Program-made: the position numbers and the translations under genes
Shown: piece after piece, positions 1 to 12,527 of the stretch
How positions within the stretch are numbered: the first letter of the stretch is position 1
Layout of the letters: every line of letters starts with the position of its first letter
DNA from: Spironucleus salmonicida
Lineage: Eukaryota
Assembly (NCBI RefSeq): GCF_000497125.1
Contig: NC_090599.1
Location: 744,001 to 808,000 of the forward strand
Direction of reading: 5' to 3'
Length of the DNA stretch: 64,000 bases
Notes under the pieces: model-generated
What the model saw: the letters and a program-made list of their open reading frames with translations, nothing else
The model's database searches: none
Told to the model about the DNA's origin: nothing

Positions 1-602
1 TATTTTATTCTAGATTTCTGTTATTATTAATTTTATCATAATAAATAATCATGAAATAAGATTTTTGATTCTATTAAATTATTGTAGATAAAATAGAAAG
101 AGCAAAAACAAAACTTCAGTGAAGGTTTTTGATAAATACTGATGTAGTAATTCGCCAGATTCGGACTTAATCTAAATTTATTCGATTTTATATTGTTTTT
201 AATTTCATATTGTTTAGTATTTTATATTCAATATATATCAGGTATTTATCGAGTAATCTAATCTACTTCTAAGGATGATATTCATTGAACCTTTTAGCAT
301 ATCCATAGCTTCAATGGATTCTAGAAGAATGCTGATGAGAGTATAAGAAGTAAATTTTTCACCCATTTGAGCTATCAGATGTAATTTTAATGATGTATTT
401 TTATACAAAATTAAACCCTGTAAAATAGGAAGCGAATTCATCAAGAATTTTGGAAGCAGACTTTGTTCTTAAAATAACAATAATAATTAAACTTGAAATT
501 ATAATAATTTTCATAAATAATTAATTTAATTCATATGAGTCAGCTATAAAAATCATAAAAATCAAATTTTATCATTATTTCAAATAAAGTTTAATATAAA
601 AT

Positions 603-839
603 TCATTCACATAAGATACTATATAATCTGAGTATATCTTTCTATGGCTAACATTTCCTTAGTATAGTATCTGTACATGTAAAGTCACATGTATTATTCT
701 ACTAAGAATTTATTATACACACCTCGTTACTTTTCAGTTGACTAATGAACTATACGTTAGTCTCTGTTATATTAATAATTTCTTTCGGGGTAAGTTAGCT
801 TTAAACATTCTTTTCAAGATTCGATATTGACTAACCCAT
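603..839 (-). CDS. Small putatively N-myristoylated protein, MGxxxS-xLE family member 1 (78 aa)
   Basis: With TAR=Gln reads MGQSISNLEKNVQSQL...ILRLYSILCE-TGA; N-terminus matches three other ORFs in the window. Confidence 0.7.
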
Positions 840-1517
840 TTTTGAATTTTATTATTGATATATATTGTAATATATTAGAGATATAGTAATTCTAATTTAG
901 ATATAGGTTGTTATTATATTTACTTTCATATTATCATTCTACATAAATAATCTGATAATCATATTTTACCTATCATTAAATACTATGTACTCAACAAATG
1001 TATATATTAATTTATGTTTAATATACAGTATTATATAAGTTAAACTAATCTATATACATTTTTTAATTGACTCTTAATATTATATACATAGTTATATTTA
1101 ACAAATCAAATCTTAGAAAGTTAATATTTTTAAATTTTTAGTGCATTAACGATCATACATTACAGTTTTAATTATATATTTAGTTTCATCATATTCATCC
1201 ATACATATTATATTACGGATCTTAAATATTACTCCTGATTCAACTTATACTATACTTTAAATACATTGCCTTTTACATCTTTATTAATACTTAAAACTAA
1301 AATGCTACTTCAATTTTTAGTTTTATATTTATAACTTGATAATAATATTTATTTATAATAAAACTTCTTTGAACATAGACTATTATACCTTAGTCCTCCA
1401 TATAGTAAAATATTAGTTAAAAACTTTTGCAGATATCACCCATACTTAAGTAACCTTTCCCTTTGCGGTAAAATTAGATATATCTGATTTTATACATTTA
1501 TACGTATTTTACAATTA

Positions 1518-1862
1518 ATGGGCGTGTAAGTTTCAAAACTGGAAGGCATGGTCGCCCAACAGCTGGTGCAACCGCATCCCCAAATAGCGCCCGTTATCTC
1601 ACAGCTTTCTCCGCAGCTGCTGCGCATTGGATCATGTTCTGATCTCCCGCCACTGTTTGACCATCGGAAGCAGAACTCACAATACGGCACGCTGGACACG
1701 CAACGGTTCCAGCAGTACAGCCTTACCGGCGCCAGCGCACAGAATTCGGCCAGCAACCTCTGGTCGAAAACGTCAATTAAGAAGCACGAGTTCGCTGAGA
1801 GCTCGAACAGGCTAAGCAAGGTCCTGTCAGACATGCAGGAGCAATACGAGGGCGTGCAATGA
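1518..1862 (+). CDS. Small putatively N-myristoylated protein, family member 2 (114 aa)
   Basis: ATG 1518, TAA read as Gln: MGVQVSKLEGMVAQQL...HEFAESSNRLSKVLSDMQEQYEGVQ-TGA. Confidence 0.8.
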
Positions 1863-1994
1863 GTTTTACATATTTTTCACTCTGTGTTTTATATTTTTAA
1901 TACCTGTTAATATACATTAATATACAATTTACTTGCCTTATTTGTTTTTAACATATTATTATACAATATCCATAATATCTAAAATTCTACCCGT

Positions 1995-4073
1995 TCACTA
2001 ATACATCCCGATCAGCTGGCCCTCTACGCCCCCACAATCGCTCAGAATTTTGCTGTAGCACTCCCCAACGCCCTACAACCCCTTCCGCACGCCCCGAATC
2101 GCCCGCGCGGCCTCATTTTTCATCTCATTATCGCCAATTTAAATGCAGTAAAGAAGCTTTTCCACGATCCCCTCTTTCCACATCAGCAAGCAGTTCCTAC
2201 AGCACCTGCTAAGGCTGCAAACAGCGCTAACAGCATTTTTCGCGGTCTAATATTCGCTCAAACTCAATTTCTCTTTTTTGTCAATTGCGAGAAAGCCGCA
2301 AACGACACCAACGATCCCACGACGCCCAAATTCGCTCAGAACGCTCCCGTCGCCGTAGAATTTGTTCATACTTGATCGGTAAGAAGGAGCGGAAAATGAA
2401 ATTGTCGAAATCGCAGAACACACATTTTGCTGCAAAAGCGGAAATTTCGAAATCTGCGCCTCAAGCGCCAGAAAAGCGATGAAATCGACGATTTTGTGCT
2501 CCAGAAAAATCTGCGCATTTTCGGCCGATTTCGACAGATTCGCCGTCAGTTTCAGCAGCGACGCGCGCGTTTTCTGGTCCTCTGTGAGCTTGAACGCCTT
2601 GACCAAAATCTGGAAAATGTTGCTCAGCTCAATGCCCGTTTTTTGCGCGATTTGAGCGTCCGAAATGAGCGTCGAAAGCGCCTCAGCGACGCCGTAGAGG
2701 CACGAAATGACTTCCTGAGCCGAAAATTGGTACATCCGCTCCACGAGTCGCATCATGAGGCTGAAAAGCTCGTAAATCGCGTTTTCGCGCAAGAAGTAAT
2801 TGCTCGTCGTGAGGCTTCCAGCGGACTGCTTTTGGGCCGCTGAGTGCGCGCAGACGTTCGAAATCGCTAAAGTTCCGTAGCGAATTACGCCGGAATCGAG
2901 CTGCGAAATGCACTTTACGAGCAGCTCGTGAAGCCTGAAATTCTGGCGCGTGGCGCTCTGGCACTGCTGCGAACAGCACATATTTGCGAGCGCGTGCAAA
3001 AGTAGCGTCAGGAGCGTTTTGTCGTCAAAATTCGATGCGCAGGCCTCTGAAAGCACCGAAATCACGCCCCCGAGGCAGAGCGTGTCGCAGATTTTGACGT
3101 TTATGACGTCGTTCTGCTCGCTGATGCCAATTATGACTTTGCAGGCCGCGATTTTGATTTTCCGCTCCTCGACGTTAAAAAGTTGAATTATCGGCTGAAT
3201 CGCTCCAGAATCCGTCAAAATTCGGTCCCCGTCGCCCAAAAGCGCGATTTTGACTAAAATGTGCGACGCCGAATAGAGGAATTCCGGCGTTTCGGAGGGC
3301 TGCAAAAGCGAGTTAAAATGCGGCAAATGGGGCAGAAGAAAATGGATGTTTCCGACCTGGAGCAATTTGCGCAAAATTTGGGTCGTTGTGTGCTTAATTT
3401 GTTGGTTTTGGGAGTATAATAATTGCGTTAAAAGGTTCATGGAATTAGATCGAAAATGCTGCCTGTATTAGTGCGAATTTGCGAGCTGCAAAATCGCGTT
3501 CAGGATCGAATTCAGGAGCTGCACCTGCGTCTGCGGCACGTTTTTGACCGGTTTGAAGACCCTCGAAACGACGTTGTAGGTGAACATCGCCTGGACGCAC
3601 TGCTTCAAAAGTTGCGTTATTATGTTGTTATAAGAATAAAAATCAGTTCGGATTTGCGGGTTTTTTGCGATTTTGGAGAGAAATTCTACGGCTACGGACT
3701 GGATTTGGGGTATTTAAATGGTTTCAATTGTCAATTCGAGTTTTTCTGAGAGTTTCTGGATCGCAAAATCGTCTACTGCGAGTTTCGTGGCCAGCTGGTA
3801 GGCCTTCTCGATGACAATGTTCAGCTGCTGCTCGTTTATGTTGCTGCTGAAGCGCGTGGGGCGGAAAAGCAAAATCAAATTGGAATTCGCGTTGGACGTG
3901 AAAAACGAGGCCCGCAGCTTTTTCTCTGTAAAATCGACCTCCAGGAGCGTCTGCAGCGAGAGCTGCACCGCGAAGAAGGAGCCCGTCTGCAGCACCTGCG
4001 CGTGCTTCTCGAAAAGTTGCGGGTTTGACGGATTCTGGCTCTCGGGCTCAAAATCCACTTCAGAATCTGACAT
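1995..4073 (-). CDS. Armadillo-repeat protein, ARMC4/ODAD2-like (692 aa)
   Basis: Listed ORFs 3714-4073 and 2247-3440 are in frame and join through TAA; ends TAG-TGA. ARM-repeat pattern; termini (QVLQTGSFFAVQLSLQTL, NEAARAIRGVRK) resemble ARMC4 from memory. Confidence 0.75.
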
Positions 4074-4083
4074 TTTGTTAAAA

Positions 4084-4092
4084 TGGAGCGGA
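4084..4092 (-). promoter_or_regulatory. C-rich motif (TCCGCTCCA) between an AT-rich TATA-like tract and the ATG
   Basis: Similar C-rich words lie just upstream of the ATGs at 5818, 11381, 12527, 32559, 36273 and 48658; such a motif is described for Spironucleus. Confidence 0.6.
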
Positions 4093-4243
4093 ATTTATTA
4101 TATATATTATTATATAATTTTTGATGAATTAAATATTTCGGTTTTATGTGAGTAAGTTTTACTTTGCAGAAGTGAGGAAATTGAAGTGCGAGTCTTTAGT
4201 AGGAAGAGTGTCGTTTTATAGAGATGCTAATTATATGAAGTCC

Positions 4244-5818
4244 TCACTTTTTGACCGCATCGACGCGATTTTTGACCTACACGAAGCTCAGCACGCACTC
4301 GTCGCCCGCCTGCGTCCCTGCGAATTTTCGTACGAATTCCAGGTAGCTGTCCAGGAGCTGCGAAATGGGCTGTGCGCGCCGCTTCTGGTCACTAGCACTA
4401 GCCTCCACGGCGCTCAAGAGCTCGTTTAGCAGCCCCACGACCGGCTTCGTCACGTGCCACATGAAATTCATCGCGTAAGTAACCTTCTCGGTGTCGCTCT
4501 TCCACGAGTTCTTCTGCAGGTGCAAATTGAAGCGGTTTATGAGGCTGCTAAGCACATAGTGGACTTTTGCGGGCTCCAGCTCGCGCGTTTCGCTCGCCAG
4601 GAGCAGCATCTGGTAGTTGATGGAGAGGTCGACGCCTGAATCGCTCTTCAGGGCCTGGAAATAGAGCTCCAACGCCTGCTTTTTGTCGCCTGTCGCGTAC
4701 GCGCACATAGCTAAATTCTGCTGAATCTTCGAATTTTGCTGATTCTCAGCGTCCAGCGACTCAAAAATTCGCTGGCAGAGCCCCAAATTCTGGCGCGTTA
4801 GCAGCAGCAGCTGCCCCAAGTTCTCCCTGCACGCCACGTCGGCAGGGTCGATTTCGTACGCCCGCGTGAACGCGCAAATCGCGCTCTGGATCAGTTTTTT
4901 CTGCTGCGGAATATCCGTTTCCTTCTGCTAATAGTTCGTGAGGTAGAAGCTGCCCATATCGCGGTGCGCGCGCGCGTTCTGCGGGTCGAGGGCGGCCGCC
5001 TGCTCGAAATGCACGAAATCGCCCGAAATCTCGCCCTAGAGCGTGCGCAGCAGCGACTGGCGTCCGCTGTCGCCGTAGAGTGCGTTTCCGAGCAGCTCAG
5101 CGACGAGCGCGGCCGCCTTGGGGCGCATTTCGGCCACGAAAAAGTACGTCTCCGCTAGCTCAATTTTGAAGTTTGGGAGCGTCTCCAGGAGGTCTATGGC
5201 AGTTAGAGGGTCCAGAGCCGCCTGAGCAATTTTGGAGGCCAGGTGGATGACCAAATTTCGCGGAAAACAGACGAAATTGGTGCGGAATAGCGTCTCGAAA
5301 TCGGCCGGGAATGAAACGGAGTGGGAGGCCAGGTAAGTCAAAAAAGTGGTCAGGTAAGCCTTTATCGCCTCGTAGCGGGCCTCCAGCTCGTTTTTAGCCA
5401 GAATGAGCGCGCTGTAAAATTTTAAAATGTGGCCCGCAAGGTCTGTGGGGGTGCCAGCGAATGCAGCGCGCGCGAGTCGTAGGAGCTGCTGCTGGCTCAG
5501 CTGGGAGTTCGCCTCGTTCAGCTGCTGGAACTGCATCTCGAAGCAGACCTGCTGCTCATCGCGCTCCTCGAAAAAGCGGTCCAGCAGGTGCTGTTTCGGT
5601 GTATCCTGATCGAAATGGAGCGATTGGAAGGGGAGCGGGAGCTCTGGGTGGTTTTCGGGGATCAGACCCGTTGTGCGCTGCATTTGGGCAGTTTCGAGCG
5701 CACTGAAGAAGGGGAAGAGCTCAAATGTGGAGTCTATACATGATTTGAAGTAGGTGTCCAATTTTAGCGTTTGTGGCTGGTCGGCTGAGAAGTAGTTCAA
5801 CTAGATAAATGCCTCCAT
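4244..5818 (-). CDS. TPR-repeat protein (524 aa)
   Basis: ORFs 5036-5800 and 4277-4837 join through TAG; TPR signatures (FEQAAALDPQNARAH, FTRAYEIDPAD, ALELYFQALKSD); ends AAG-TGA. Confidence 0.8.
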
Positions 5819-5980
5819 TACTGGAGTGGCAAGCGAAAAGAAAAATTAGATATTAATAATATATAAAATGTAATATTAATATTTAGGGCCAGTTTACTCA
5901 GAAGATTGTTTAGTTTACTAGTATTGTACAATTATTTAGAATATAATAAGTATACGCAATGAGAACAATAAAGATTAAAA

Positions 5981-6280
5981 TCACACCTCTATTTCGTCAA
6001 AGATAGTGCTTTCATCACTGTCAGAATATAGCTTTCTTTTTTCCGTAGGTGTTTTCTGTTATCTGCTTTATTAAATGTGTGCGGTTAACTCTCTTATTGT
6101 TTAATCAAAATCTTTAAGATCTGCGTTTAAACATTCAGAATATCCAGGTAAATACTTTATATGTACTTGTTTTATGTTTTTCTTTAGATTTACTTAATCT
6201 GTTCTTTTAACTGATTGTCTAGGTTTTCCTAACTACATTAAGAAAGGGTTTAATGTAAAGAGATATGAATATTATGACAT
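5981..6280 (-). CDS. Hypothetical protein (99 aa)
   Basis: ATG-to-TGA frame MSQYSYLFTLNPFLMQ...DEIEV with TAR=Gln. Confidence 0.55.
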
Positions 6281-6671
6281 ATTGTAGATATATAACTTAA
6301 GGCGAGAAATTAAAAATTTACTCTAACAGTTAATGAACATTATTATGGTACAGGTTGTTGTTAATTTTATAATATTGGGATGGAAAAGCTAAAAATAAAC
6401 TTTACAAAGAGCAGAATTTATTACACGTAACGAAAGAATTTTTAATAAAAATTTCACTAATCAGACGAAATTAAAAAATTATATTTATCCAATATAAGAT
6501 ATATATATTTATACTTTTATTTTCTAGATACTTACGTAAATATTATAATTTGTTGGCAAAATAATGCTATTAACTATGTATCACTAACAATATATTCTGT
6601 TTATATAAGTGTTCTACTTATCAATTAATATTAAATTACTTTTACTGCAACGTATATAAGCTGCTAACTAC

Positions 6672-6983
6672 TCATTCTAACTATAAACAGCGGTTCAATA
6701 CTTTTATTAACTTCTGATTCTGAACTTTAAACTATGTTATATATTCCCCTTCAAACGATTCATCTTCATCATTAAAAATCTACAGAGTATTGCTTGACAA
6801 AAGAACCGACTTATTTTAAGGTACGATAATTTATCTCTATGTAATCCCTTAATATGATTTTACAGATCTCATTGCATGCTTTATAGTGGATTAAACCTTG
6901 TTGTCTTAAGATATGATAAGCTAGTTATCTACAAAAAGCTATTCTTAGACTGCATTTTCCAGTTTTGTAATTTGCAATCCCAT
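6672..6983 (-). CDS. Small putatively N-myristoylated protein, family member 3 (103 aa)
   Basis: MGLQITKLENAVQEQL...QFKVQNQKLIKVLNRCLQLE-TGA. Confidence 0.75.
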
Positions 6984-7244
6984 TTTTGAAGTTAGTTCTT
7001 AAGTTATAACTATTAATATAGATACTAATTTATAACATATATTAATACTTCCTTGTTCCAGAATAAATTTATTATATCAATATATGATAATATTTCAATT
7101 TCTATCTTTAAAAATCTAAATTTGTTAAAATAGATACTAGTGTATCTATTATATTTTAACGTAAATTTGATATTGCATTAAGATGCTAAAAGATATCAGA
7201 ATAGTAACATTTACTATTATATATATCAAATATAAATATAAAAT

Positions 7245-7760
7245 TCACTATTTAATTACGAATATAGTCTTGCGGGAAGCGCGAACGCAGGTGGAAACGG
7301 GGAAGTAGTGGGGGAACTCTACCTTGTTGCCGTTGTGGTCGCCGGGGATGACGTCCATGACGATGGGTCTGCGAACGTCTTCGTTCTTGACGATGTCGAA
7401 CTTGATGATCTGCACGTCCTGGTAGCGGATGTGGTACTGGCCGGCCATGACGGAGAAGAGCTTCTCCATGGCGCGGGCGGCGGTGGTCTCGCGGATTTCG
7501 CGGTACTGGTTCTGGTGGCCGACCTGGGTGCGGTAACGGATGGTGATGCCGTAGGTGCGGACGGTGGAGTCGTCCTCGGTGACCTTCTTGATGGAGACGA
7601 GCTGGCCGTTGGACTTCTTGATGCGCTGGAGGGAGTTGAGGAAGTACCAGAAGCGGGACTCGGCGATGATGTCGTTGGTGGCGAAGATGGTCATCTTGAA
7701 GACGGGGGCGTCAACGGGGGCGTTCTTGAGCTGTCTGCCGCAGATTTCGTACTGGTTCAT
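7245..7760 (-). CDS. RPL18A: 60S ribosomal protein L18a (eL20)
   Basis: MNQYEICGR...FKMTIFATNDIIAESRFWYFL...KKSNGQ...YGITIRY...HQNQYREIR; strong codon bias; ends TAG-TGA. Confidence 0.95.
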
Positions 7761-7853
7761 GGTGCAGGGGAGGTGAAAAATGAAATCCCATTCGGATATT
7801 ATATGCAATTCGCCACATAATAACCCCACCCGGCCCTACGCCCTACGCCCAGA

Positions 7854-8420
7854 ATGCCCCGCCTGCGCGTCTTCGCGGAGCTCGCCTCCACCATGGACGA
7901 GGCGCTTGCCCACCCGCCCGAGACCGTCGTGCTGGCCCTCCGGCAAACCGCCGGCGTCGGCCGCACCGGGCCCTGGCAGTCCACCCCCGGCAGCCTGCAC
8001 TGCACCTTCGTCACGCGGCGCTTCGACCTCACGCACGTCGCGGTCGCCGCGGCCCGGCTGCTGGGCGCCGCACTCAAGTGGCCCAACGACCTGCTCCTGC
8101 CAGGCGGGAAGTGCGGCGGCGTCCTGGAGCACCAGGCGGGCGGCGTGGGCTACGTCGGGCTGGGGGTCAACCTGGTCCCCGTCCCCGGCTTTGCGACCGC
8201 CCGCTGGGACGCCGGCCCCCGGGACCTGGCCGAGCGCGTGTACCGGGAGGCCCTGGGCGTCCGCGACGGAGAGTACCGCGCGCTCTGCGGGATGCTGGGC
8301 CGCGCCTTCACGATCGGGACCGTGGTGGACGTCGTCGGGGGCGTGCTGCTCGTGGAGTAGGAGGGCACGGTCCGGGCCGCTAGCGAGGTCACCAGTGCCA
8401 GGCAGCTGGTCGGGGTCTGA
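7854..8420 (+). CDS. Biotin-protein ligase, minimal BirA-like catalytic domain (188 aa)
   Basis: Motifs STMD, QTAGVGR..W.S..G, KWPND, KCGGVL, GLGVN; extends through TAG 8358 to TGA 8418-8420. Confidence 0.85.
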
Positions 8421-8956
8421 GAGTGATTCTATCTTTTTATTAAAATGGATGAAACTTTATATTTGGATTACGTAGTAAATTATTATATGATTCATAATGA
8501 TGTCTTATTAAGTAAAAGATTAAAATATTAATTACTTTATATGCTATATAGATGTTACTTATTTGTTATTTATTTTATATATTGTGTAAGTTAATCCAAG
8601 ATGATTTCTTAATTCGTACTAACTTAGGGTTCTACTTCGTTTTTTACTTCCAAAATCTCAAAAAAACAACAAACAATTGTAAGCTTACTTGTAATTAACA
8701 GTCTACCTCATTTGCACAGAATTAGATACATAAATATACTAACCCCCAATCCATGATTCAAGCCCATTGTTACATTAAATTATATTTGCAAAAAACCTTG
8801 ACTTTACGATCCCTCTAATTATTCCTATTTAACAGCTTATGTATGAAATAATCAGATTTCGCCCCTCTGTATATATGCCACCCTCCTTCTTCATTTAGAC
8901 AAACTTCCTAATTCACGCTAATAAATTTAAACCAAAAAATAAATATATTCTTTCAT

Positions 8957-9763
8957 TCAAGCGATCAGCTGCTACTATTCTTCCCCACTAGCATGATGAA
9001 CCTCCAGAACGTCCCAGACGCCGCCCAGCGCAAAAGTGAGCACGAACCCTAAGGAAACGTCGGAAAAGAAGTGCGCGGACGCCTGGATCCTGGCGATCAT
9101 GACGACCGGAATTAGCACGAGGAGCAGCACAGCAAAAACGGTGAGCACCGGAAATGTGATTTTTATCGCTTTCTCGAATTGCCGGAAACGCAGCAGCTCC
9201 CTATAAGAAGACCTCAAGATGAGCAGATTACTGCTCAAAAATACAGTGGTCGTTTGCGTATGTCCTGAAGGGCAGGAGTGCATTTTGAAGTCGCAGCCAC
9301 TCGTTTTGTTGCTATTGTACTGCCCAAAGGGCAGGAAATCGACGAAGCACGTGTGCGATGTGGTGTTCGAGAATTTTTCAACCTAATAGGGCCTGGGGCG
9401 GTTCAAATTGCCTTTAAGCGCGATAACGAGAAGGAACGAAAAGCTGACGTACGCCAAAAAGCAGGCGCTCTGCTGGGCAATGAAGGCCAGTTTGGCCTGC
9501 AGCGGAGCCCGGAAAGAAAGCGCAAAAATGAAAATTGCAGTCAGAAGGATGCAGGGGAAAACGGCAGTGAGGCGAAAATTGGCGTTTATGAAATGGAAAA
9601 TTCCTTCTGCGCGAATACTTTCTTATTTCACGATAAGCGCCAAATTCTGGTCAATTTACGAAAGCTGAGGGGCAAAATTTAGCATCATCAGTGATACTGA
9701 TATTGTGACGATAGTTGGAATGTAAATTGCAGGCGATTTCCAGCAGAACTTGTATACTTTCAT
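8957..9763 (-). CDS. PAP2-family membrane phosphatase (268 aa)
   Basis: Motifs K....NRPRP, PSGH and ARIQASAHFFSDV; several hydrophobic helices. Confidence 0.9.
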
Positions 9764-9866
9764 TTCAAGATTTACAAAAAATTACATATTATATTTTTGT
9801 ATATAATAATATAAAAATAAATTCGTATATGAATCAATTTTGAATTGTTAAATAAAAATACTAAAT

Positions 9867-10250
9867 TCAATCTATGACCAGGTCATTTACGTCCTCATTG
9901 AGGGCAGATAGTAGTCTGCTCAGCTTAATAGAGCTCTGTGATAGTTCTCTATTTTTAGCTTCTGTCACCGTCTCCAGGAACAATGGATATGTAAGATTCG
10001 CTAGGCTGTTGTAGCTGTTGTTTTGTATGTGCTCATAGCTAGAGTAGTTTATTAATTTCTACTTACTGGGGAGCTTTTGTATCGATTTGGTGACAATTGA
10101 AGAATTGCTATTACTTTATGATGAGATACTTATTTTGTCATCTTTATGACTATACTGCATTTTAATAGGTTAATGCTCTTTATAGGTGATTCCTGAACCT
10201 GTAAGCTAAGCTTGCACAGTGTTCTCAAGATAAGATAATTGTATACCCAT
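9867..10250 (-). CDS. Small putatively N-myristoylated protein, family member 4 (127 aa)
   Basis: MGIQLSYLENTVQAQL...NRELSQSSIKLSRLLSALNEDVNDLVID-TGA. Confidence 0.75.
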
Positions 10251-10592
10251 TTTTTATTTTAATATGATGTGTTTCATGGATAAATACTAAGTAGATTTTT
10301 CTACGATAAAATTATTCAGGTTTTTCTAAGAATGTGTAAGTTAGCAAATATAATATCAATATTATTTCATAAGCCATCGTATATATATATTATATGTCAT
10401 TATTTTCATAATACATATTAGTGAGCAATTTTTTACAAATTAACAAAAATACAAATACCTATATATACTAATATAATATATACACAACACTTTCCTGAAT
10501 AAATACAATATAATATATCATTATACTAAATGTGGATGAATCTATAAAAAAAATATAAGTCTTACAATAAAGTATTTAAAACATAAGATAGT

Positions 10593-11381
10593 TCATAGTT
10601 CCACATCACCACATTCAACTTCTTCTTATTCTTTAGCCAAATCATTGAGTACAGCTAATATTACATTACCTACGCTTAACCTACCCCCAGTATTCATCTT
10701 TCCCTCGTCAAACTCTTCCTTATTCTTATTTTTAACCCCGCTAATTAATTTTTCTGCCATTTAGCAATCATCACTGTTAAAATCGTTAAAATACTCTGAT
10801 TCTTACTCAGCAGAGACAATATCTCCCATTTTTAAGCATAAAATCACATTACACAGGCAGACTTGATCCAGCTTATGCAATAACTTACCCATTTTTTCAA
10901 TAATTTTATAAACCTATTTATATATGATAACCGCTTTCCTGTATTCTTTATTTTCAACAGCAAGTTCCGCGAACTCTTAAAGCGCTGTCATTGCCTACGC
11001 AGGTTTATTCTCCTCTAGTAAAATTGCAACACCCTCGTCAACCTCACCAACTTCTACCAGACAACGAGCTGCTTCAGTAAATTTTCCTGAAATTTTCCAT
11101 TCAAAAATAGATTTTTCAAGGCATTTTTTGCTTCTAGCTTGTTCGTTTTCGATTGTAAAATTTTATGCTGCAGCCTTAAAGTTCACGGCAGCAGTTAAAT
11201 GATCACCGTTATTTGAGGCTAAATCTCCACAGATTTCGAAAGTTTCTGCTGCCTTTTTGAAATCTTTTGCTGTGCGGAACGCTTAAGCAGCATCTTAGTA
11301 GTGGCAAATTGCTTCGTCAGGTTCTGGCTTATGGAAAAACGTCTTTTTGAGGGCTTTTGCAGCTAGCAAGAGATGGTCCAT
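10593..11381 (-). CDS. NSF attachment protein, gamma-SNAP-like (262 aa)
   Basis: MDHLLLAAKALKKTFFHKPEPDEAICHYQDAAQAFRTAKDFKKA resembles the SNAP N-terminus; acidic tail ending DVEL; absent from the ORF track because of TAR codons. Confidence 0.75.
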
Positions 11382-11564
11382 TAGAAAATAGGAGTGATTA
11401 TATTATATAATTATTATATATTTTAATATTAATTTGATTGAACAAAAATTAAAAGATATTACATTATTTGGAGACTACTACTAACCTGAAATATAATTAT
11501 TAAAACAATTAATATATTATAGTATATACTATTTATTAATTATACAATAGTTATATATGTAGCC

Positions 11565-12527
11565 TCACTTCTTCTCATCCTCATCAGATTCTTCCTCAAA
11601 TTCCATTAATTCTTCTTCGTTTTCAGCATATCCTTCTTCTCCTTCATCATCACCGCCTTTTCTGAGGCCTTTGAACTTTCTCAGGTTGAGTTTATTGACA
11701 TCCGCTCCATCAACATGGATTGTTCCGAATTTTCTGCCGAATTCGTCGATTTCGACGTTTTTCTACTTCTCCTGAACTTGCTTTCCATCCTTGTCGAGCT
11801 TGGGGTGAATCATAGCTTTTTCGTACACTTTATCATCGAAAAATGATCTCCTCATCACCAAATCGAAGCTGAAACCCATAGGTGTTAAATGAACAGGGCT
11901 TTACACACTTTTCATGGTTTCATTGGTTAAGTCGTCGATTACGTAACTTCTAACGCGAATTTCATTGTTCACAGCAGATATACAAATTGTCCACTGGATA
12001 CCAGTATCCACAATTTTCTTGACAGTTTAGCCTCTAAAAAGGTCCAAGAATAGGCTTTTTAACCGAATAAATTCTACGTTATTTTCGAAATAGTCGCCTA
12101 AGAACACAATCGCAGGCTTGCAGTTAACCATTGGCTTCTTAGATTTCACGTCTTCGAGGGCCAAAAAGTTCTTAAGCTCAAATTCCTATTGCTGAATGAG
12201 TTGGCTGTCGAATTTTCTGCCGAAAACTAAGTTATTAGGGCGCTTTTTGGTAGAGGATCCATGTACGAAAAGTGCGGTATCCTGCTTTATTAAAACTGGC
12301 AAAATCTCAGAACTGTCATTTATAGGGTTTTATAACGGTTTTGGGCATTTATTAGAGAGCGGGGAGCACAATTGCAGTATGTTCAACAGAAATTCGCGCA
12401 CATCTCTAGTCGTAGATGCAGTAGAGCATACTAGTAATGATTTCTCGTTTTCAACCAGCTTAGATGCAACTTTTGAAGCAGCACGGCGTGATTATGCGGA
12501 TTAAACTGGGGGTTTTGAAAGAGACAT
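11565..12527 (-). CDS. RPF2: Ribosome production factor 2, Brix domain (320 aa)
   Basis: KLVENEK, LFVHGSSTKKRPNNLVFGR, KSLFLDLFRG, LTPMGFSFDL, KNVEIDEFGRKFGTIHV; acidic tail; ends AAG-TGA. Confidence 0.9.

Noticed and set aside
238-444. 68-aa minus-strand ORF
   Set aside because: Short, with no motif or family support.
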